Part shown: positions 9,861 through 18,650 of the stretch, in pieces | Layout of the letters: every line of letters begins with the position of its first letter | Position numbering within the stretch: position 1 is the first letter of the stretch | Source of the DNA: an uncultured Lachnospiraceae bacterium | GTDB taxonomy: Bacteria; Bacillota; Clostridia; Lachnospirales; Lachnospiraceae | NCBI GenBank assembly: GCA_949066965.1 | Contig: CARTDA010000001.1 | Location: forward strand, 33,042-97,041 | DNA length: 64,000 bases | Direction of reading: 5' to 3' | Program-made: the position numbers and the translations under genes | Notes under the pieces: generated by a model | What the model saw: the letters and a program-made list of their open reading frames with translations, nothing else | Database searches by the model: none | What the model was told of the DNA's origin: nothing

Positions 9861-10424
9861 ATGTCATTAATCAATAAGGAAATCGTGGATTTCAAGGTTC
9901 AGTCGTTTGTAAATAACGAGTTCAGGGAGGTGACCAAGAAGGATGTGCTCGGAAAGTGGAGCGTGTTCTTTTTCTATCCTGCGGATTTTACGTTTATCTG
10001 TCCGACAGAGCTTGAGGATTTGGCGAACAAGTATGAGGAGTTCAAGAAAATAGGCTGTGAGATATACAGCGTTTCCTGCGACACGCATTTTGTGCACAAG
10101 GCATGGCATGATGTGTCCAAGACGATCAAAAAGATTCAGTACCCGATGCTGGCAGATCCGACCGCAGTGCTTGCGAGGGGCTTTGATGTTCTGATAGAGG
10201 AGGATGGCCTTGCAGAGCGGGGAAGCTTCATTGTCAATCCCGAGGGGAAAATTGTGGCGTACGATGTGATAGCCGGAAATGTCGGACGAAATGCCGAGGA
10301 GCTGTTCCGCCGTGTGCAGGCGTCGCAGTTCGTGGCAGAGCATGGCGACCAGGTATGCCCGGCAAAATGGCAGCCCGGTGCGGAGACATTAAAACCCAGC
10401 CTTGACCTAGTGGGACTGATTTAA
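9861..10424 (+). CDS. ahpC: Alkyl hydroperoxide reductase subunit C (2-Cys peroxiredoxin)
   Basis: YPADFTFICPTE and VCPAKW, 187 aa, AAGGAGG RBS. Confidence 0.96.
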   Translation: MSLINKEIVDFKVQSFVNNEFREVTKKDVLGKWSVFFFYPADFTFICPTELEDLANKYEEFKKIGCEIYSVSCDTHFVHKAWHDVSKTIKKIQYPMLADPTAVLARGFDVLIEEDGLAERGSFIVNPEGKIVAYDVIAGNVGRNAEELFRRVQASQFVAEHGDQVCPAKWQPGAETLKPSLDLVGLI

Positions 10425-10461
10425 TTAATAGAGAATACAATTATAATAAGGAAGGTGGGGA

Positions 10462-12111
10462 TTGACAGGCATGATGGAAACGCATGACAGATTATATGAT
10501 GTGGTTGTGATAGGAGCAGGACCTGCGGGACTGTCCGCCGCAATTTATGCCGCGCGGGCAAAGTACAAGGTGCTGGTGCTGGAAAAGGACAAAATAGGCG
10601 GACAGATAACCATAACCTCCGAGATTGTAAATTATCCGGGGGTGGAGCTGTCAGGCGGCAGAGAGCTGACAGAGCACATGCGCGTACAGGCGGAAGGGTT
10701 CGGGGCAGAATTTGCCATAGCGGAAGTGCTGGACATGGAGCTTGACAAGGACAGAAAGCTTTTGCACACTACCAAGGGTGACTATGAGGCGCTCGGCGTC
10801 ATCCTTGCTCCGGGCGCGAACCCCAGAAAACTTGGATTTAAGGGTGAAAAGGAGTTTCAGGGCAGGGGCGTTGCTTACTGTGCCACCTGCGACGGGGAAT
10901 TTTTCACAGGGAAGGATGTCTTTGTCATAGGCGGCGGTTTTGCGGCAGTGGAGGAGGGCATGTTCCTTACGAAATATGCCAGAAAGGTCACGATGATTGT
11001 GCGGGAGCCAGACTTCACATGTGCGAAAACCGTATCGGACAAATTAAAGGAATATGGCAATATCGAGACCATTTTCGAGACGGAGATTCTTGAGGCGGGA
11101 GGCGAACATGCGCTGTCGTATGCCGTATTCCGCAACAATGCCACAGGGGAAACCTGGCGGTATGACGCGCCGCAGGGGGACACTTTTGGAATTTTCGTCT
11201 TTGCGGGATATGTGCCCAATACAGACTGGATAACGGACAGTGTGGAACGCGACGGACAGGGATATCTGCTTACAGACAGCAACAGGCAGACAAATGTATC
11301 TGGTGTCTTTGCAGCAGGGGATGTCTGCGTCAAAAACCTCAGACAGGTGGTGACAGCTGTGTCAGATGGGGCGGTTGCGGCGACTTCGCTTGAGAAGGCT
11401 GTCTCGGAAATTCACGCAAAACTGGGGATTCCGGACTTGTATCAAGAGCCGGCTGCGACAAAGAAAAAAGAAGTTCAGGATAAGAAAGTATATTTTACAA
11501 AAGGCAATGGATTTATCAGCAGCGAAATCAGGCAGCAGCTGGAAGGGGTATTCTCGAAGTTTGCATCAGGCGTTACCGTCAGGGCGTGGCTGGACGATAG
11601 TTCCCTTTCCGGTGAAATCAGGGGATTTCTGAATGAACTGACAGGTATCACAGACAAGGTGGAATGGACAGAGGGGAAGGCAGACGCACCGGATATAAAA
11701 CTGCCTGCGGTAGAGATATTGGACAGCGCAGGCAAAAGCAGTGGAATCTATTTCCACGGTGTGCCGGGCGGACACGAGTTTAACTCCTTTATCATTGCAC
11801 TGTACAATGTGGCAGGTCCGGGACAGCAGCTTGACAGCCAGACCAGCGATAAAATCAAGGCGCTTTCCGCGGAAAAAAATATTAAAATCCTGGTTTCCCT
11901 GACGTGTACCATGTGCCCGGAGTCGGTGATGGCGGCACAGCGGATTGCGGCGGATTCCGAGCATGTCACGGCAGAGATGTTTGACCTGTCGCATTTTCCG
12001 GATTTGAAAGAACGGTACAATGTCATGAGTGTGCCTTGTATCGTAATCAATGATGATAAAATCGTGTTTGGGAAAAAGAACGTTGATGAAATGCTGGCGC
12101 TGATTGCATAA
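10462..12111 (+). CDS. AhpF-like reductase: thioredoxin-reductase domain with C-terminal thioredoxin-fold domains
   Basis: GAGPAG, CATCDG, GGGFAA, FAAGD; C-terminal GGHEFNSF and CTMC; adjacent to ahpC. Start could be ATG 10471 or 10474. Confidence 0.88.
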   Translation: MTGMMETHDRLYDVVVIGAGPAGLSAAIYAARAKYKVLVLEKDKIGGQITITSEIVNYPGVELSGGRELTEHMRVQAEGFGAEFAIAEVLDMELDKDRKLLHTTKGDYEALGVILAPGANPRKLGFKGEKEFQGRGVAYCATCDGEFFTGKDVFVIGGGFAAVEEGMFLTKYARKVTMIVREPDFTCAKTVSDKLKEYGNIETIFETEILEAGGEHALSYAVFRNNATGETWRYDAPQGDTFGIFVFAGYVPNTDWITDSVERDGQGYLLTDSNRQTNVSGVFAAGDVCVKNLRQVVTAVSDGAVAATSLEKAVSEIHAKLGIPDLYQEPAATKKKEVQDKKVYFTKGNGFISSEIRQQLEGVFSKFASGVTVRAWLDDSSLSGEIRGFLNELTGITDKVEWTEGKADAPDIKLPAVEILDSAGKSSGIYFHGVPGGHEFNSFIIALYNVAGPGQQLDSQTSDKIKALSAEKNIKILVSLTCTMCPESVMAAQRIAADSEHVTAEMFDLSHFPDLKERYNVMSVPCIVINDDKIVFGKKNVDEMLALIA

Positions 12112-12116
12112 GAAAA

Positions 12117-12170
12117 ATGAAAAAGGGTATTCAATGTCAGAGGTAAGGACATTGGGTATCTTTTTTTCAT
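12117..12170 (+). terminator. Intrinsic terminator after the ahpC/reductase pair
   Basis: AAAAAGGGTATTCAATGTC...GACATTGGGTATCTTTTTTT stem with a T-run. Confidence 0.7.
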
Positions 12171-12191
12171 ATGAATATTTTAGCTTTCCTC

Positions 12192-12228
12192 TTGACATAT
12201 AATTGAATATATGATTAAATGTTCATAT
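12192..12228 (+). promoter_or_regulatory. Promoter with an ArsR/SmtB-type operator
   Basis: TTGACA at 12192; palindrome ATATGA-N8-TCATAT (12209-12228) covers the -10 region, resembling SmtB/CzrA operators. Confidence 0.65.
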
Positions 12229-12246
12229 AAGAAAGGGAGTGATTGA

Positions 12247-12546
12247 TTGAAAGACACAAGGATAACAACAGAGACCATGGAGGATTTGGCAGGTGTTTTC
12301 AAGATATTCGGTGATTTTACAAGGCTCACGATTCTCTCACTGCTCATGGACAGCGGGGAAATGTGTGTGGGTGACATCGCTGAGCGGCTGAATATGACCC
12401 AGTCGGGAGTCAGTCATCAGCTGGCGCTTTTAAAACAGAGCAAGCTGGTAAAGACAAAGCGGGAGGGAAAGAGTATCTATTACTCGATTGCGGATGAGCA
12501 CGTCTCGGAGATTATCCGTATCGGTATGGAACATATTTTGGAGTAA
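12247..12546 (+). CDS. ArsR/SmtB family metal-sensing repressor
   Basis: FKIFGDFTRL, EMCVGDIA, SGVSHQL, DEHV...EH alpha-5 metal site; TTG start. Confidence 0.92.
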   Translation: MKDTRITTETMEDLAGVFKIFGDFTRLTILSLLMDSGEMCVGDIAERLNMTQSGVSHQLALLKQSKLVKTKREGKSIYYSIADEHVSEIIRIGMEHILE

Positions 12547-12583
12547 AAACATTTTTAAAAGGAAGAAAGGAAGGCAAAAAAGG

Positions 12584-12802
12584 ATGAAAAAAACGTATAA
12601 GATTGAGGTAGACTGTGCGGCATGTGCGGCAAAAATGGAGGAAGCGGCTAAGAAGACGGCAGGGGTAAAAGAGGCGACAGTCGCGTTTATGCCACAGAAA
12701 ATGAAAGTCGAGTTCGAGGAGGGCGCTGACGAGTCCGCAGTCATGGCGGAGGTTTTAAAAAACTGCAAGAAGGTTGAGTCAGACTGTGAAATCTTCTTAT
12801 AA
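12584..12802 (+). CDS. Stand-alone heavy-metal-associated (HMA) domain protein
   Basis: 72 aa with a DCAAC metal-binding motif. Confidence 0.85.
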   Translation: MKKTYKIEVDCAACAAKMEEAAKKTAGVKEATVAFMPQKMKVEFEEGADESAVMAEVLKNCKKVESDCEIFL

Positions 12803-12818
12803 CATAAAATTACATATC

Positions 12819-12851
12819 AAATGGCTCCGCGTGAAATGCGGGAGCCATTTT
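12819..12851 (+). terminator. Intra-operon hairpin/terminator between the HMA gene and cadA
   Basis: AAATGGCTCC...GGAGCCATTTT. Confidence 0.6.
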
Positions 12852-12958
12852 GCGACTACCGTGTGTATGCATAAACTGCTGCTGTTTACGCCTTTAAGAG
12901 CCAAAAGTGTGCCAATATCAGGTGGGGCGTGAACAGTAACTGGAAAGGATGTGAAAAT

Positions 12959-14821
12959 ATGACAAAGAAGCAGAAGAAAGTTTTGATTCGAATTATGATT
13001 TCGGCAGTCCTGGTTGTGGTGTTTGGGCTTTTGCCGGTGGAGGATGGATATCTCCGGCTGGCGCTGTTTCTGGTTCCATACCTGATTATCGGGTATGATA
13101 TTTTAAGAAAGGCTGTGCTTGGGATTTTCAATGGGCAGGTGTTTGATGAAAATTTCCTGATGGCGCTTGCGACAGTAGGTGCCATTATTCTTGGGGAATA
13201 CACAGAGGGAACGGCTGTCATGCTTTTTTACCAGATAGGGGAGCTGTTCCAGGGCTATGCGGTGGGAAAGAGCCGCAGAAACATCTCGGCGCTGATGGAT
13301 ATCCGCCCTGATTATGCCAATATCGAGCAGGATGGGGAGCTGGAACAGATTGATCCCGATGATGTGGAAATCGGAACAATCATTGTCGTGCAGCCGGGTG
13401 AAAAAGTGCCGATAGACGGAGTTGTCGTAAGCGGGTCTTCCACACTCAACACAAGTGCACTCACAGGGGAGAGCCTCCCGCGGGAAGTCGGCGAGGGGGA
13501 CGATGTCATCAGTGGATGTGTCAATCTGTCAGGGCTTCTGCGCATAGAGACAACAAAGGAATTTGGCGAGTCCACTGTGTCAAAGATACTGGATCTGGTG
13601 GAAAATTCCAGCATGAAAAAATCAAAATCAGAGAATTTTATCACCAGGTTTGCCAGATATTATACACCGGCTGTCTGTTTGGGCGCACTGGCGCTTGCCA
13701 TACTGCCGCCGCTTGCCAATATGGTCATGGGAAATCCTGCGAACTGGTCACAGTGGGTCATCAGGGCGCTCACGACACTTGTCATCAGCTGTCCGTGTGC
13801 GCTGGTCATTTCCATACCGCTCAGTTTTTTTGGCGGGATTGGCGGTGCGTCCGCACAGGGGGTACTTGTAAAAGGCTCCAATTATCTCGAGGCGCTTTCC
13901 GAGACGAAGTATGTCGTGTGTGACAAGACAGGCACACTGACGAAAGGCGTTTTTGAAGTGACGCACATTGAGCCGGCGGAGGGGGTATCGCCTGACACGC
14001 TTCTGGAGGCAGCTGCCTGTGCGGAGAGTTATTCCGGGCACCCGATTAGCAGGAGTCTGAAAGAGGCATATGGAAAACCGGTGGATGCATCGCGGGTTTC
14101 GGATGTGGAGGAAATCAGCGGACATGGGGTATCGGCTGTCATTGACGGCAGAAAAGTGTCCGCTGGAAACGCCAGGCTGATGAAAAGACTGGGGATTTCC
14201 TATACAAAGCCACAGAAAACAGGAACCGAGGTTCATGTGGCAATTGATGGAAATTATGCAGGATATATCCTGATATCGGACGTGGTGAAGCCAAATGCAA
14301 AGGAGGCAGTGGCAGGGCTGAAGGCAGCAGGCGTCCGGCAGGTGGTCATGCTGACCGGAGATGCAGCGAATGTAGCGGAGGCGGTGGCGGCAGAGCTTGG
14401 CGTGGATGTCGTAAAGAGCGAGCTGCTTCCGGCAGACAAGGTTGCGGAGGTGGAACGCCTGCTGGCGGAGAAAGGCGGGAAGGAACGGCTGGCTTTTGTC
14501 GGGGACGGCATCAACGATGCGCCGGTGCTCTCGCGGGCGGATATCGGTATTGCGATGGGGGCGCTTGGCTCGGACGCAGCGATTGAGGCGGCAGACATTG
14601 TTCTGATGGATGATGACCCGGTAAAGATTGCCACAGCCATGAAAATATCCAGGAAGACGCTGGGGATTGTGCACCAGAATATTGTGTTTGCACTTGCCGT
14701 AAAATTTGCGTGCCTTGCGCTGGGGGCGGTAGGCTTTGTAAATATGTGGTGGGCGATTTTTGCAGATGTGGGCGTGATGATTATTGCGGTTTTAAATGCT
14801 ACAAGGACGCTGAAGTCCTGA
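12959..14821 (+). CDS. cadA: Cd/Zn/Pb-type P1B ATPase lacking an N-terminal metal-binding domain
   Basis: TGES, ISCPC, DKTGT, HP, GDGIND, FADVG. Confidence 0.92.
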   Translation: MTKKQKKVLIRIMISAVLVVVFGLLPVEDGYLRLALFLVPYLIIGYDILRKAVLGIFNGQVFDENFLMALATVGAIILGEYTEGTAVMLFYQIGELFQGYAVGKSRRNISALMDIRPDYANIEQDGELEQIDPDDVEIGTIIVVQPGEKVPIDGVVVSGSSTLNTSALTGESLPREVGEGDDVISGCVNLSGLLRIETTKEFGESTVSKILDLVENSSMKKSKSENFITRFARYYTPAVCLGALALAILPPLANMVMGNPANWSQWVIRALTTLVISCPCALVISIPLSFFGGIGGASAQGVLVKGSNYLEALSETKYVVCDKTGTLTKGVFEVTHIEPAEGVSPDTLLEAAACAESYSGHPISRSLKEAYGKPVDASRVSDVEEISGHGVSAVIDGRKVSAGNARLMKRLGISYTKPQKTGTEVHVAIDGNYAGYILISDVVKPNAKEAVAGLKAAGVRQVVMLTGDAANVAEAVAAELGVDVVKSELLPADKVAEVERLLAEKGGKERLAFVGDGINDAPVLSRADIGIAMGALGSDAAIEAADIVLMDDDPVKIATAMKISRKTLGIVHQNIVFALAVKFACLALGAVGFVNMWWAIFADVGVMIIAVLNATRTLKS

Positions 14822-14855
14822 CATGTTTCATTTGGACATCCATGTGCAATCGGGC

Positions 14856-14962
14856 AGGGAAGACTTTCCCTCACAATCGAGTAGGGGAATGACCTTCTCC
14901 ACTACTCGCCGCGCGCCCCATGCGTCGCCTTAGCGACATACTTCCTCTGCATGGGGCTGCGC
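14856..14962. repeat. GC-rich multi-hairpin intergenic element (REP/MITE-like or structured RNA)
   Basis: Three stems, including GCCCCATGC-[GTCGC ctta GCGAC]-atacttcctct-GCATGGGGC; a related inverted module lies at 38074-38114. Confidence 0.55.
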
Positions 14963-14968
14963 ATAAAT

Positions 14969-15002
14969 AAAAAAGAACAGACTACATGCCTGTTCTTTTT
15001 TT
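14969..15002 (+). terminator. Intrinsic terminator after cadA
   Basis: AAAAAAGAACAG / CTGTTCTTTTTT. Confidence 0.7.
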
Positions 15003-15189
15003 GCCATTTATGGTGCATATATGTACATGGATATATAAAGAAACTTATATATTATGGATGAATCTAAACATTTGCGTGTATTTTGTTGAAAGTTTATATT
15101 GCACAAGACACATAGTTAATAGTAAAATAGAAAATAACTGTTCAGGTCTTTTTGCAGTATATGCGATAAAATGTAACACGGAGTTGGAT

Positions 15190-16527
15190 ATGTATATATA
15201 TATTTCACATTCAGATAAAAATGAACATACAGCCAGAAAAATATGCGAGATGCTGGAATCCAATGGGCATACGTGTATATACGCGCCGCAGGGCAGTATC
15301 GCTGACCGCAGGTGCGATGTGCTGCTATTGATACTTTCCAATGCCTCCAACAGTTCGGAGACCGTGCTGAGGGAGATTGAGTATGCGGTCAGCCATTGTG
15401 TTCCTACACTGGTCTATCAGGTTGAGGATGTCAGACTGAGCAAACCGCTTGAATATTTTTTGATGTCAAACCAGTGGATTGTGGGTAAGGACACGGACAA
15501 TTATGAGAAAATTCTGGAGGGTATCAAAAATATTGAGGACAACTGTTCCCGGGAAAGTGCGTATGGCAGTGGGGATGATGGGGGAAAGGACGTAAGCCGG
15601 TCTGGTTTTGCTGGGGGATATAAGGTTCATGGCAGGAACAGGGACAGGAGGAAGCGTGTTCTTGAGCTGATAGAATTCATTGCAATTGCAGCGATATGCC
15701 TTGCCATGTTTTTTCATGAAAGAGGCGCCCGCGTGTCATTTGAAAAGGGTGGTACGGTTGTGTTTGGCACATATCTTGGGGAACCGATTGAATGGCGGGT
15801 ACTTAAGTCTGATGAGAATGGAACGGCTACACTGATTTCCGAATATATTCTGACGAACAAGGCATTTGATGTGCCGGATAGCGGCAGCTACAATATGGAT
15901 GAAGGGAATGATTACTGGAGTATCACTGAGACGGAGGCAGACCGGAATCTGGAATTACAGGAGTATGTGCGCGGGAGCAGCCGCTGGGCGACTTCGGATA
16001 TCAGGACATGGCTGAATTCGGATGAGGAAAATGTGACCTACGAGGGAATCGGGCCTGTCGCCAGCGCAACGTCAGACAAAAAGAACGGATATGCAAATGA
16101 GGAGGGTTTTTTATTTGGCTTTACCGAGCAGGAGAAGGCGGCAATCGTGCCCACCACAAATATCACGAAGGGGAATGCCCTGGATAAGGAACCGGTGGGG
16201 AGCACGGATCTGGTATGGCTGCTTTCGCAGGAGGAGCTGCTGTGGCTTAAGGATGCGGACGTCAGGCTGTATGTAAAACCCACGGAGCAGGCAATTGAGC
16301 AGGATCAGACAAACTATTACAATGTGTTTTCCCTGGTATACGGGGTGGAGGAGTATTACTGGTGGCTGCGGGATCCCGTGGCGAACAAGTCAAGCAAATG
16401 TTATCTGGTGGACAACGGCTATACCGCGGAGCTGTTACAGATGACAGAGGCTGGCGTGAGCGGATTCGGGGTGCGTCCCGTGATAAGGGTGAACACAAAA
16501 AAGATAAAAAACATTACACATAATTGA
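15190..16527 (+). CDS. TIR domain - transmembrane - DUF6273-like protein
   Basis: TIR motifs YISHS, LLLILS, SNSSETVLREIEYA; basic patch RNRDRRKR then a hydrophobic helix; C-terminal FG..EPIEWRVL, SDIRTWLN, WLLS, WWLR, GVRP. Confidence 0.78.
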   Translation: MYIYISHSDKNEHTARKICEMLESNGHTCIYAPQGSIADRRCDVLLLILSNASNSSETVLREIEYAVSHCVPTLVYQVEDVRLSKPLEYFLMSNQWIVGKDTDNYEKILEGIKNIEDNCSRESAYGSGDDGGKDVSRSGFAGGYKVHGRNRDRRKRVLELIEFIAIAAICLAMFFHERGARVSFEKGGTVVFGTYLGEPIEWRVLKSDENGTATLISEYILTNKAFDVPDSGSYNMDEGNDYWSITETEADRNLELQEYVRGSSRWATSDIRTWLNSDEENVTYEGIGPVASATSDKKNGYANEEGFLFGFTEQEKAAIVPTTNITKGNALDKEPVGSTDLVWLLSQEELLWLKDADVRLYVKPTEQAIEQDQTNYYNVFSLVYGVEEYYWWLRDPVANKSSKCYLVDNGYTAELLQMTEAGVSGFGVRPVIRVNTKKIKNITHN

Positions 16528-16541
16528 AAGGCATGATAGAT

Positions 16542-17261
16542 ATGTACAATATAGGTATTTGCGACGATGAGAAGGATACATGTGCGCAGATAGCAGATAT
16601 GGTATACGAGTATGGCAGAAAGGAAAATGTGGAAATCATGGTTTCGGTATGGAACACAGGGGAGGCGCTCTACCAGGATCTGGCGGACAAGAAACCCATT
16701 GACTTGCTTTTCCTGGACATTGAGCTGGTTTCCACAAGTGGCATACAGATTGGGAAGCGTATTCGGAACGAGCTGGAAAATCCAGACATCAGCATAGCAT
16801 ATATATCCTCAAAAAGCAGCTATGCACTGGAACTTTTCAAGATTCATCCGATAGATTTTTTGATAAAACCGGTGAGTGCGCAGGATATCTGGGACACAAT
16901 TGATGAGGCACTGCGCCTGTACCATCGGGGCAATACTGTTTTTGAGTACAAGGCAAACGGCTACAGCTGCAGGCTTCCCCATAAATATATTATCTATTTT
17001 TATAGTGAGAACAAGAAGATCAATATGGTGACGAAGGATTCGACAGTACAGTTTACGGGCAAGATAAAGGATATTATCGTGATATTGCCGGAGTGCTTCA
17101 TCCAGATACATCAGTCTTATATTATTAATATGAATTACATCAGCGAATGCAGCTATGAGACTGTAAAAATGAGCGGAGGTGTCGAGCTGAATATCAGTCA
17201 GCCCTACAGAAAGATGGTAAGAAAATCCATTATGGATTACGCATGGGGACAGGATGATTAA
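16542..17261 (+). CDS. LytTR family response regulator (AgrA/LytR-like)
   Basis: ICDDE, LFLDIEL, FLIKP receiver motifs; FIQIHQSYIIN LytTR motif. Confidence 0.92.
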   Translation: MYNIGICDDEKDTCAQIADMVYEYGRKENVEIMVSVWNTGEALYQDLADKKPIDLLFLDIELVSTSGIQIGKRIRNELENPDISIAYISSKSSYALELFKIHPIDFLIKPVSAQDIWDTIDEALRLYHRGNTVFEYKANGYSCRLPHKYIIYFYSENKKINMVTKDSTVQFTGKIKDIIVILPECFIQIHQSYIINMNYISECSYETVKMSGGVELNISQPYRKMVRKSIMDYAWGQDD

Positions 17262-17263
17262 AA

Positions 17264-18520
17264 ATGTTGTTTTTACAGATTGCGATATTATATATTGTAT
17301 ACAGATATATGCATTGCTTTTTTGACACGGCGCAGGTGAGGAAGTCAACGGAACTGGCGGCATATGGTTTCTATTTCATAACGGTCTGGCTGGTCAGCAG
17401 TCAATATGGCAAGTCGGTAATCAGCTTTGCGGCGGGCATGGTTTTTATTTTTCTGCTTACACAGATTTATCCCGGAAAACAGGGGAAAAAACTGGTTGCT
17501 GCATTTTTGCTTCAGGGAATGAACATACTCTGCGAGGTCGCTGCGCTGTATCTGGTGTATGACAGGGATGGTAGCGGTCCGGAAGTATATTACCTGATGT
17601 TCCTGCTGATGTTTGTGTGCGAACGCATCATAGAAAAGTTTGGCATCAGGAACATGCGGGAGAGCACGGCGCTAAAGCATTGGGACTTGCTGATATTCCT
17701 GCCGATTATCACGGTCGCCGTGCTGTTTATCATGCTCTCTGCGGATATTGGCAATCAATATGTGGGCGTGACTGTCAGCATCGGCATGATTTTACTGAAC
17801 CTGATTGTGTTCTACATCTGCGACGAGCTTGTCGGTGCATACACCCGCCTGGAGGAGAGCGCGCTGGTTGAGCGGCAGCTTGAGAGCTACTCGAACCAGC
17901 TGGATGTCATCATGAAGTCGGAGGAAAAAGTAAGGGGGCTGCGCCATGATTTAAAACACCATCTCAGCGAGATACTGATGATGGCAGATGCGGACAGGAC
18001 GACTGAAATCAAGGATTATGTCAGGGACATGCAGGTGTATATGACTTATGAGAGAGAGTATGCAAGCAGCGGTAATACAGACATTGACAGCCTGATTAAC
18101 CTGATGCTTGACAAGGCAAAAAGCGAGCTGAAAAGCGTGAAGTGCAAGGTGAGTGTCCCGCAGGAACTTGATATTCCGTCGTTTGACTGGAATATCATTC
18201 TCGGAAACCTGCTGGACAATGCGATATCTGCCGCGAGAAATTCAGGAGACAAAATTCTGCACATTAAAATCAACTATCAGAGGGGCATCCTTTTTATTCA
18301 TATTAAAAACAGTTATGACGGTGACTTGGTGCGGGTAGATGGCCGATATATTACAACAAAGAATTATGACAGGACGGACAGGGCACAGAATCATGGAATG
18401 GGCATTAAAAATGTGAAGAGGATTGTGGAAAAATACAAGGGAACCACGGAAATCAGTGATGAGAATGGGGTTTTTGACGTCCGGATTCTGATGTATGTCT
18501 CCATTAAAAAGGAGTGCTGA
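17264..18520 (+). CDS. Polytopic sensor histidine kinase (AgrC/VirS-like GHKL)
   Basis: About 6 TM segments, LRHDLKHHL, GNLLDNAI, HGMGIKNV. Confidence 0.9.
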   Translation: MLFLQIAILYIVYRYMHCFFDTAQVRKSTELAAYGFYFITVWLVSSQYGKSVISFAAGMVFIFLLTQIYPGKQGKKLVAAFLLQGMNILCEVAALYLVYDRDGSGPEVYYLMFLLMFVCERIIEKFGIRNMRESTALKHWDLLIFLPIITVAVLFIMLSADIGNQYVGVTVSIGMILLNLIVFYICDELVGAYTRLEESALVERQLESYSNQLDVIMKSEEKVRGLRHDLKHHLSEILMMADADRTTEIKDYVRDMQVYMTYEREYASSGNTDIDSLINLMLDKAKSELKSVKCKVSVPQELDIPSFDWNIILGNLLDNAISAARNSGDKILHIKINYQRGILFIHIKNSYDGDLVRVDGRYITTKNYDRTDRAQNHGMGIKNVKRIVEKYKGTTEISDENGVFDVRILMYVSIKKEC

Positions 18521-18534
18521 TGCCAAAAACAACG

Positions 18535-18599
18535 GATTTCGCCATTTTATATAGTGATTTCGCCATTTTTAACAAAAGCAACTGCAAGTGTGATATAGT
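18535..18599 (+). promoter_or_regulatory. LytTR-type direct-repeat site with an extended -10
   Basis: GATTTCGCCATTTT at 18535 and 18556 (21-bp period), then TG-A-TATAGT at 18591-18599. Confidence 0.7.
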
Positions 18600-18650
18600 T
18601 TATAAAATTGAAAATGTAAGAATTATCATAATGAGGTAAAGGTAAGAACT

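Noticed and set aside
16350..16527. DUF6273 C-terminus as a diversity-generating retroelement target
   Set aside because: I saw no reverse transcriptase and no template-repeat copy of this 3' end in the window.
18535..18569. Direct repeat as a mini CRISPR array
   Set aside because: Only two 14-bp units with a 7-bp spacer and no cas genes; it fits a regulator binding site better.
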